A stretch of DNA of 64,000 nt, taken from the NCBI RefSeq assembly GCF_964355755.1, contig NC_092676.1:18618871-18682870 (forward strand), written 5' to 3'. Under the pieces are notes generated by a model. The model was not told the DNA's origin. It saw only the letters and a program-made list of their open reading frames with translations, and ran no database searches. Below are positions 42,901-54,900 of the stretch, piece by piece (the stretch's first letter is position 1; the number at the start of each line of letters is the position of its first letter). A program made the translations under genes and the position numbers. Origin of the DNA: Antedon mediterranea (taxonomy: Eukaryota > Animalia > Echinodermata).

Positions 42901-45900
42901 TAGAGGACCATATTCAGCATGTCAGGAGATGGTCCCCTACTCTATTCAACAGTGTATAAAGTTTTTTATATATTAATCATTCATTATGTATTGTATATAC
43001 ACATGACCATATCTTTACATTCCATCTGAAGGACAAGACAATGGGAGTTATGTAGAGAGTGAAGTATCTTGCCAAAGGATACAAGCAATATGTCATAGGC
43101 ATGTATCGAACCCATACCTCTCGCATGCTTCACATCAAACATTCCATTGTATGTTACATAAAATAAATATTGTAAATTAAATTTTTCTATATTTTTTCCA
43201 GGAACAAATAACTTTGCAGAAACAACTAGTTATTGAGTTGGAAGAAGAAAAGGCTGAAAGGTTAAAACAAGAAGAAGTGCAAACTATGTCTGAACTTAAC
43301 GATCCAATCATAATGGAGGTTGAGGGAATTCAAAAATCTCAATTAGTCACATCAAACAATGTCTCGGAAACCTTACGTGATGATTACGAAGATTTAACAG
43401 CGAGTGAAAGCATTGTTATTGGAAATAAGATGGTTGTTGACGACAAAGAAATGAAAGAGCTTACCTCATCATCTGCAGATGATGTTCATAATCATCAAAG
43501 ACCAGAGAATGGACTTGATGTGGAAGAAAATTATATTGATAGAGAATCATCAGTGGATATTCTAGTTAAAAGTAAACTTGAGAATTCTATGCCTCCAGAA
43601 GAAAATGATAATGAACACCAGATTATCATTGAATATGTTGAAATGTTAAATACTGCACCAGTTGAGTGTAGTACCTCTGTTGATGATTTTTTTAAGAAAA
43701 TGGAGTCTGAAGAATTAGAGAATTCTCAGAACTTTCACAGTCATGCATTGGAAAGTGACATGAGTTATGTAAAAGAGTTCAATGAGATCTTGGATCAGAC
43801 TCTATTTGCTATTAACCTTTTTGATAATCGATTAGTCGATGGAAACTTAAAACATGAAGATTTTGAACATGACCTTGAAAATTCAATATTGGTGAGTTTT
43901 TTATTCATTGTTTATAGGCGTTTCTATCATTAATAATATCACATTATCTTACATAGGTTTTATTGTTATCGCGTCTTTCATTTTTGCTGTTTTCCACCGA
44001 ACCAAAAAAAAACAACTGTAGGATTTAAACATAGATAATGGTTTACTACCAGTATTTTTGCATTTTCTATAGGAAACGGACGAGACAATCGCAAGCCTCG
44101 AGCCAGACATTCAAGACCTGATCAACCGTGGTGAGCAAATCATAGATGAGACAAAAATCAAGGAACCGCGTCAAGCCTCGCAGATTGCCATCAAATTGAA
44201 TAAACTACGGGGACGATGGATTACAGTGAAGGAGGATGCGGAAGAGAAGAAACGGATGATGAAGCTGGTGGTACCGCAATGGTACCAGTATCAAAAAGAT
44301 TCAAATGATTTTGATCAATGGCTTGTTACTATAGAAACAGATTTAGACACAGTTAAAGATGATGAGAACAAACTTGAGGTAAGAACAATTTTTTTTGTTC
44401 AGTAAGAAGAGTGAAATGTAAATATTCCATGAAAATATAACCAATTAAAAAACAGATATATTTTATTTTTGCACACATTTTTGATTATTGTTAGTTCAAA
44501 AATAATTGGTGGTTATGGGTACTTATAAACATGTTTTTCAAATAGAAAAGAACATTTAATCATCACCATAATCACATAATTGTTTTCTATTCTTAGCAGA
44601 AGTTTTACTTTTATCATTTGATTTGTTTAGTTCATTTGAACTTTATTTACCCATGGTATTGTAGCTCAGATCAATAAAGTAGTATCTTCACGTAAAAATA
44701 CATCAATTATTTTGATAATCTTCCAGGTGTCACAGACACTTATGGTTTCTTTAACATTAAGTCTTTTCATGTTGTGTCTACCAGCCTCATCCTCTGACAC
44801 TTTGGCTATTGCTATTTTTTACAAAAAAACTAAATCATAACATAAAGTAGAAGCACAGGTTTCCGTATGATAAATTGACTTGTATAAAATTTGTTCTGTT
44901 TGTAGTAAAAGTTTGCTCATATAAAAACTATGAACCATATAAACTCCAGTGCACACAATTCCCTCATGTGCACTTTACAAATCTTGGTACATCTCTGGCT
45001 ATTGGTTCACACAGCAACTGTTTTTGGTAGATTACCTGTATAAAGACAGATGGTATATTATTAGTACACTATAATATTTTAGTAGATTTTCTTAATTTAT
45101 GATAAAATTAGATAGCAGCAATTATCTGCTGCCAAGAGGTATTCACATACTATTCCACCAGTTATGTTTTTTTTTTGCAGCAGAAATGTACAATGTTCAT
45201 TTCTAACAATTCGACAGCAAGATATTTTTGAAGCAAAATGATTTGGAAATATAATTCCGGTAGAAATGATCTTCCTTCCACTCCACATTTAATATTATGG
45301 TGTTCATTTCGTTAAGAAAAAACAAATAATCTTCATGTTCAATTATACTCTTATTTTTATAAAAATTGTAAAAGACAATCACAGTCATACATTTTGTTAA
45401 TGCATTTTAAATATCAGAATCAATCTTTTCAGGCTTTTTTTTCATTTAGTGAATTGTTTTGTTGTCAGATACAGATTACTATTTTCCATGATACATTACA
45501 GCTGCGTCAAGTTTCAACATAAAAATATACCTACCATAATGTGATGTACGGTACTGGTATATGAAGTGACTCTAAAAAAACAAACTATTACACTGTGCTC
45601 TTAATTTATACTAAAAAGTTTTATAGGTATGAACTTTACCCTACTTTATCTCAAACCAACATGAATACAAAGTATTATAAATTATAAAACTTTATATTAA
45701 TACAGTATATTAAAATCTAAAAGTTTAAATTACACTGTTTATGGTATACCATGTGTTTCCTGAAGGAATTAAAGTATTGTTGAGACTGTCTCAATGTTAC
45801 TCCAGTAGATAGCATAACAATTGGAAAATTTCAAGTTTAATTTATTTTCTTTCTGAAACAGATGACTTTGATGTAGCTGAAAATTATTTATTAAAGATAT

Positions 45901-48900
45901 GAACATTATACAGAAAATAATATAATAATTAGTTCAACAAATATTAATCCAAATTACTTTAATTAATAGTGGATAAATACACAAATTAAATAAGTAAAGA
46001 GTCTTTAAAAAACATTATTATTATTATTATTAAATATTAAATAAAAACTGTATTATAAAATGTTTTTTAATTACTAAAATTGTTGATAATTTAGATAACA
46101 AAAATGATATATTTCTTTCTTTGTTTGGCATTTGAGTAGTTTCAGATATGTGAAAGAAAAAGTTGTATTTATTATCTTTACTATATGAAGTAACAGCATT
46201 AAAGATAGCAAAAGAGATGTTTTTAATCTCACCCAGCAGTTGCCGCTACTCATTAGCTCCAGGGCTTGGTGTCCTTAATCAGCCCTGTATGTCGGCCAAG
46301 TTAGCCTACAAGTTTGGAATGCTTTACAAAGCCACAGACTTAACATTTTTAGCATGACTGTTTTATCTAAAAGCAAAAGTAAAGCAGTAAAGATATTTGT
46401 GAAATTTATCCTATTAGATCCCAATGACCTATCATTGAGGAGAATTATCTTCGAATAATATAATCTGCTTGTCTTAGTGAACAGCTGAGCTTAGTTCATC
46501 TCTACGGAGATGGTACTAAACGATGATGACGTCATAGCGACTGAGGAGAACGGTAGAGGCTGGAATAGTGGGACCACATGAAGAGAAAAGTAGAATAGAT
46601 GATTGAAAGATATAAGATGATGATATGGTAGATGTATATTATTCAGAATCAAGACGTTGTATAAGACTCTTTACTCAACCTATGTTTAATTGATTGGTTT
46701 CAGTTTTTCCAGTCACATAAACACTTACAACTGTTTGATTTATTTGATGGAGATTTTTTAATTAAGTCTTGAGTTATTAATGGCTAGTCTATGTTACTTT
46801 GGTATTATACCTCCAAAGTTTACTCACAAAAGTGTTATGTTACAAATCTGGGATAATTATCAACCTTTTGTAATGACACCGTGAAATGAAAGCAATCGGT
46901 TTTCGCTATCGCAAGATTGGAAATTAACGCTTGAAATCCGGTGATTACAAACAGGAAAAGTGAACCTTTACTTTGCATTTCATTTGTTCTGGTGATTCGA
47001 AGACTTCATCTTCACAAAGAAAACGTGCATTCGTTCATGTGAACAGGAAGTGATGTCATGTTGCTTATTAAGTTCCATTTGTTTTCATTTGTTAATCAGG
47101 AAGTTATTCAGCGCGTCAAAAACTGTTCCAGAACATCATAAAATTTGAATTATCTTGGATTATTATTAATCAGGATTTCTTTTTCGATTTATTTTTGGAA
47201 AATAAGCGGCTTCAATATTTATATATGTATATAAAGGCTTTCTGGATCGGATTATAATACTTCTTTTAGAACATTACTTTAAAGTCAGCTACATCAAGAT
47301 ATATTTGAAATTGTTCGTATGTCTGTAAAACAAAAGAGCTGAATTTGAATTTCTTTGGGCTGCCAAAACTCGCAATCAAGAAGTGGCCAAACATAGATAT
47401 TTTTTCTCGTTAAACATTGGAGATAAATCTTAATATTACACTTAAAAATGTTGTAATGTTTGATGTGGGAATGCATTATTGTTTAATCTAATGATTTTAT
47501 ATGCTGGTACAACGTTTTGATTCCACGGCTTTAGAAAAAGCAATTCATTAAGTACTCTCGTCTTGGGATTACCTATGCAAATTGGAATTATTCCAAATAT
47601 TTTTAGATTGTTTGTGGACAAGCTGTAGCTGATTTGATTTGAAAAATTTTGGTCAACCAATGATAAAGAGTTAAGTTGTTGTCGTATGCAAATATTATCG
47701 GTGTTCGCTTTAATCGCTGGCTTTGATTCTTTGGTTAGCAATTGACTTTGTTCGCTGTGAATTTACCTTTATCGTTCTAAAATCACACCTAATGCGTGCA
47801 GACAGCCACTACATACTTATACCGAACTTTACTTAACGACCAAACTGAACCGTTTAGGGAAATCTATAATTCGCCGCCAAAAGCAGAATTCCATTAACTT
47901 GTTCTGTCATTTTTTTTGTCTGGCCCATAAATGACTATTAAGAAATATCTGGTATTAGCTACGAGCTTCGTTTTACATCATAAAAGCATTCTTTTCACCT
48001 GAGATGTACATGTTTAATACTGTACCTGTTTTTAAAATGTTTTATCAGAATACCGGAAAAATTAAGTATTATACTTAAATGTTTATGAATATTCATAGTA
48101 CTTGACATGAATATTCATAGTACTTGACATGAATATTCATAGTACTTGACATGAATATTTAATATCTCTTATCTATTTATATTTCATTATATTAAAAAAT
48201 AGAATTACATTTTTCTATGCAATATTTCTTTCTAAAAAAATGTAGTGTCCATGTAATTTCATAAAAAGACTCTGAAATCAAAGTAGATTTCAAATTTCAA
48301 GCAAACACAAACAAATATTATTTTGATTGATTTCACTAAATGACACAAATTGAAAATGAAATCACAAAGAATGACATTCGTCACATATATAAAATAATAT
48401 ACGTTACAACCAGTATAGAATCAAGCTTTTGTTTACATAAATGAACATACATTATTGAAAACGATATTTGTTTTTCTGTGAAGAATGCTGCCGCCGATAA
48501 TGATGATCATTTTAGCGTATCTTTTACTGTTTTGTTCTGCATTTCTTATTCTGTGGATTAACGCCTGTATCAAGGAACATCATACGGTATGAATTTTTTT
48601 TTCAATAGTAATAAAATCGTATGAAATCTTTTCATGGCGCTCCATGCGGCTATTCACCAATATTTTTACTTGATAAGCACATACAGTAACCATGTGGCGC
48701 GTCATTAAAATATTTTATAAATATATGAGGCTTGATTGTTCAGATAATTAAGGGTTGTAAGGTCATTAATATATTGAAATTATATGATAAAAACAATCAA
48801 ATTTAGAGATGAGTTTCTTTTCAAGAGTACCAAAGAGAGGTTTGCTTCTTTTCAAGATGATCTTCTTTTCAATGTTCTACACATACTTCATCTCTCATCA

Positions 48901-51900
48901 CTAACTTGTGTCTTTGTATTTTAACCCCTTCCCAGTGAATTTTTCACAGAAGAAACTCCAATTAATTAGAAATTAATTTCTCTACACACATACTGAATAC
49001 ATCGCCTTGCAATTGCATCATATTTTTTATTGCCAACATCAAGACTCATAACTATAAATCCATCAGTTTTCGAATTTGCATTTTGAACCCTTTGACTGTG
49101 ATTCATACACTAATAAAACACAAATTGATTACAGCTATCTGTACTGTAAATTTGATTAACGAGCTAGATGAGAAAAGTAAGCTTGAATTTATCCTCTTTT
49201 TTATGTTATCTTTCATTCAAATAATTACGGTATGTGTTGAATTCCTTTGCAATAACCAATTTTAAATTTTCCAAAGAGATTATTATTTATTTTCATCACA
49301 AACATTCCTAAACATTCTTCATGTTAATGTTTACTTAATGTTCCAATATTATGTTTCCAAAACAAGATTTGTTTTAATTAACAAACCAGATTTAATTTGG
49401 TTACAATGTAAATATACAATTTGATTACCACTTCATACACTTGTATCGCTTTCAGCCTCATTTACTTTATTGTGTAGCAGAGGGGAGTAGATAGATAAAT
49501 GGAAAAGCTTGATTACATACTATAGTGTGTTTCTACTGAATAACATGGAAAACTGTAAGATAACCATTATGTTGCCTTTGATGAAAATAATATTGTCCAA
49601 TCAAATGTCGTCGTGATTAGTAAGAGCAATAATATTGTGACGATACAACAATTATATTGTTCTTATTGACGTCATTTGAGTTTTAAAATTATTATTTTTA
49701 TAAAAGACAGCATAAATGGTTATCGTATAGTTCTAGAATGAAAAATTTTTCTAATTTTGTTTGTTTTATGTAAAGAAGAATTAATGTATGTTTTTCTATC
49801 GATTTATCGTTCATTATTGTTCACACTACAAACAGACTTAAGATGCTCATGAAAGAAATCTCAAAATGTTATTAACCGAGTAGCATCCGAATATTGTGTC
49901 AAGTTAAATTAGTGGTCTATTTATGAAGCAGTGTATCAATTGACCGTCAAGGGTTCTTGACCACTAACCACTTAGTACGATAAACTTGCATTAATTATGA
50001 TGTTGTATTCCTTTACGTAAACTTGATACACTTTTTAATTAAATCAAAAGGAAGATGTGGATTGGCTAACAATTACTCTATGGAAATGGAAACAATAACA
50101 AAATGTATAACAATGTATAGTGCTTAGGCCTCCCTTTGCCTGAACAGCTAAGGTTGAAGTTTCATGCATGACTGATTTAATTTAGTGCCCTCTAGAATAC
50201 CTTTTACTTATGCGGTGCACAAAATATAGCAACATCCCTGGTTTTCAATTGATGCTGTGCTTAGGCACTGCAATATAACAATATTGTTTTTCATGTCTAA
50301 TGAATTGATTTATCATTTGGAAAAATAGTAATGTTGCACTGATTGATGAAGCTCCTATACCAAAGAGTCCATGCTGTTATCAACAATAATTTGATAACCA
50401 ACCTATGTTATTTCGTCTCTTAATACATCTTCACCTATTTAATGAAACCGCTTACCTATTAAAGATGACATACTTAAGATGCCTAACACCAAGAACTGCT
50501 GTTAATATTCATTTATCTATAGTAATCGTCTGTGACATCATAAGGCAGTTGTTGCCTAGCAAAACATACGGCCTAGCTGGGCAGGGAGGCAAGATAAATA
50601 AAGCAGCATAATTGAGAATAGGGGCGGTGATTGATACACTTAACTGGGTATAGATTAGATCGTGTTGACAGGCATATGCTGAATTAATTTCCTGAACCAC
50701 TTCAATAAAACTATTTGTCAACATATAATTTGTAGGAAAAAAAGCCCTGTTTTTAGCCTAGTACATGGATGGATAATGGATCGGTCCGACATTTAGATAA
50801 TTCTATTGTTTTAATGGATTACAGTGCATTATGGGTAATATACCCATTACCATGCTCCACCAGTGATGCATTATGGGATTTAATTATATTTCAGCTGTTT
50901 ATTACATTATTTTAGATGCACAATATTTATTTTCTCAATTTCACAATTTATTTGTTGTGCGATTGGTGTTTTTCATATGGTTCTCGCTTTTTGATTATAC
51001 CTATCTGTTTTCATTTATTTCTCAGTGAATAATGTATGTTCAGTAAACTCATCTTAAACAGTCACTTTTTGTTTGAAATTTGAGAATGATTGTGCATTAG
51101 AAGTTAATTTGTTGTGGCACAACCTCAACGTTAATAAAATAATTTTGTATTTAGATGCAAATTCTTATATATTTGGTAATTTGAAACTGAATATTAGTTT
51201 TAACCATGGTTTAACAAAGTCAGAATGTTAAATGTGAAGGTATATTCTGAATTTCAACAAATAATGTTACTTTTTCCTACTGTCATGTAAATAGTATTTT
51301 ATGCTGCATTATTGAAGTTTTTACTGTTTTTGAACATTGCTAATATTTGTTTTTTATATTGAATTGCAATAAAGGATATTTTCAAAATGACACTGAGTTA
51401 CTGCAGTAGCTACTTATTTTTACTGCAGTATTGGTTTTAGTTTGCAGTTTATGATGCATGCTACATTCAATAAACAGTGTGTATGATTCCCCTAAAAAAC
51501 CTTGCTGAATGAATTTTAAAAACGGAGTATAAATGAGATAATGATAAATTTATAAAAAGTTATTATTAAACAAAATGTAGTTTACTGCAGTTGAATAAAA
51601 AGTATTTTCATATAATTTGTATTCAGTTGACAAAATCTGTAAGAGTTGAACAACTTTCACCAACTGAGAAATATTTATTATTTGTTATTTGTAGGCATTA
51701 GAAGATGAGATGGAAAAAAGGCGACGAGAGCTTGAAAGGCTAAATTCACAGGGTAACCACCTTGGGATGCAGGGAGCAAAGCCAATCATAGAGCCTGCCA
51801 TGGTAACCATAAACCGACGATGGTTAGAAGTTGAATCTCAGTTTCAACAGTACAAACGGCCAATCACGGAGGACGTAATCATCGAGGAGTCCGTAGAAGC

Positions 51901-54900
51901 TGTGCACACGTCTTTCACGTTTGATGAACAGTGGGATGAAAAACCGGAGGAAGAAGATGTGATACAGTTTGAAACTCAACTGGAATCTTTAGAAACAAAA
52001 GTCTCGGAAATTCGGAAGGATTTGGAATTGGACTTGGCAAATGATCTACCTTTTGAGAATATAGAGCAAAAAGAAGAAAAGTGCAAGGTGAGAATTGCTG
52101 GTTATTATCATTTTATTTTGTATACAATATTCATCCCTACTTCTCCGTCCCTCCCTTTTGTTAATTTGCGAACGCTATTCTTTGTAAGTTTCTCTGCCTT
52201 TACCTAAGACTATAAAAAACGTAGTCTTGTTTGACTTGAATGGAATAACCTTGCCGATAAGCAGATTACATCCATTCTCTACTCTACAATCGTTTAAACA
52301 CAAACTTGTACATAATATTTAAAGATTGTTGAAAATTATGTTTGTATTTTTTTAATGTGCACAACCCCAGGGAGTTGATCTGGGCATCTGTGATTAAATA
52401 AAGTTGAATTGAATTGTCAGAATTTTGTCGGAATTAATTATCGCTTTACTACACAATTGTTAATTGCTACTAATTACTACATATCAACCACTATTATAAA
52501 AATGGAATTTTAAACGCATGTAACTCATCATCTTAAAATGGTTGCTTTATCAACTATTTAGCCCAACAAATCCTCCGCCTAGCAGTTAGGATTATATCCA
52601 TCATCATGACATCTTGAAAGATGTATGACACAACTCAATAGGTTAATGATGTTGGTTCTGGCATAATCATTTGTCCATCAAAATCTATTTCGACCTGCTG
52701 TCGAATTTAACTCAATTTTCGAGTGACCTCACTACAATAGTAGGGAAATTCGCATCTCATGGTTGCCAAGCACCCGGCCATGAAATCGTGGTAGCATATT
52801 GCTCGCTGAATTCTCCTGTCAGTTGTATTCAGCACAAGTAATATTCCTTTGATTGTTTCACGCAAGAATGAGCCGCACTCTGGCCGATGTGTACACATGA
52901 TGTGATATAGTTGGTTTAAGTATTCTGACAGATTTCATTGCCATTGATTTCTGTTTTAGCTTCGGGGCACTCCAGTTTTTTAAGTCGTTAGGAATTTTAA
53001 GTTATATCTGTGTAAAGGTTTTAGATATTGAACAGTCTTCATTTAAACTGGTTGTCTTTTGCTCATTGGGTTGACTTTAAAACTTTGTGAGGAACGTGAT
53101 TTACAGTTTTCACAAGGTAGGTCATTGTTTGTTAGACAATGAATTGTTTGTTTTTTTAGACTGGTGTATAGGTGTGAAATATCAAAGGGTAGTATACCAT
53201 ATCAATTCCAAGTCACTGTAGTACAGTGCAAAGTTGCACAAAATTTACTATTTAATATACATAAAAATTGATACATAGCATAGAAAAAAAGATGAGGGGT
53301 GGGGATAGGTTGGAGCAGGGATGAGATTGGAGATACAACATTTTCTTATTTTCTATTTTCTATTTCAGAGTGCGTAAGAAAGAAATGTGTTGAAATGAGA
53401 CTTTATATATCTATATACAATTCTGAGATAGGCGTACACAATGCAAACACTTTTGTAGAAATAACTAACTAGTATAACATACTTTACTACCTTTCGATAT
53501 TCCAAGAAATTTAGATTTGATAACATTTGATATTAACCACATTGTTCTATATTTATCTCTTTTAGTAGAATGTCAATGTCACAATCTCTCAATTTCGGCA
53601 CTAGGTTCTTACAAAACCACATACTTAAACTTAAAGTAGATTTGCTTGTTCTGTAATAGTCCATATTCGCCGTAGTAGCATCTTCCTCTAGTAATTATAA
53701 TTATTCGACTTTTCATCATCATTGAATTCAGTATTTATTTATATTTATTTACAATTTATGTTGTTGTAACTCTTTATATTTAAATCAAAATGTCTTTGTA
53801 CTATGCAACACCAAACACTATAAACCATTAAAGCAATATGCAGGCATGCTTACAAACCAATCAACATTGTGATAGCATCTGTGACTAGTCCTACTCACAT
53901 TAAATTAATTCTCTAATAAGAAATTATATTTTAATATGATTCTTTGAAATAAATAAAAACGACAAAATAAAAGCTAAATCTCACAGCCTGTCAGAGCGCT
54001 AAATTAGTTGACGCCTTTATTATTTTTATTATGTTTATGGCTTCAGTAATTTTATCAATGGCCTAATTCTTGACGTTCACAAAAAGTAATTTTTAAAGAT
54101 GTTTTGTTTGGCTACAGTAAGCCCATTCATAATTACTCAAATACAAATAAAATCAATGAGCCATTCAGTAAACACAGTTGAGGTAACTTTATTAAAACCT
54201 TAAGGGGTTTTCCTTTTGACTCTAACACTGATTGAGGTATTGTCCATAATATATGCCTTGGAAATCAAAGCAAATTTCTTAGTAGGAAATATACTTGCCT
54301 GAATATTACTGTAAATACAGCAAGTACATAACATTAGAAAATACTACCTTGGTTACGATACAAGCATACTTTTTCTGGTTACTAAATTACGTTTTAATAT
54401 TATAAGGTTCAAAATTTAGTAAGCATGTATGCTGGGTTGTAAAGGGGGTTCGTCGGTTGGTTGAAAAGGGGGTTCGTCGGTTGGTTGAAAAGGGGGTTGG
54501 TCAGTTGGTTGGTCAGTTGGTTGAAAAGGGGGTTGGTCAGTTGGTTGAAAATGGAAAATGTTCTGTTTTATAAAAATATTTCAGCTTATAGTAGTATAGA
54601 AGCAGTGATGAGTTATACTAGCATACTTAATTGATTACAACCTACACCTACATTGATCAATTGTCCTGAAAGTATGAATACAAATTTCTTTTCAATGATT
54701 TTAATAATATAAGTGGTTCATCAAAAAGTATATCAATTTTTCCACAATAATTGATAATAGCAAGTATACTTGATAAAGCGCATGCCTAAAAGCTTTATAG
54801 CACTATCCATTGAAGTAAGAAGTAGAAGTTATGCTTAATGATTGATGAGGAGTTGATTTTGAGAAGCTGTCTGAAAATCTACCGCACTGATGAAACTTGG

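Noticed and set aside
47442-47741. 99-aa minus-strand ORF
   Set aside because: Non-ATG start, no recognisable domain; better explained as non-coding sequence.
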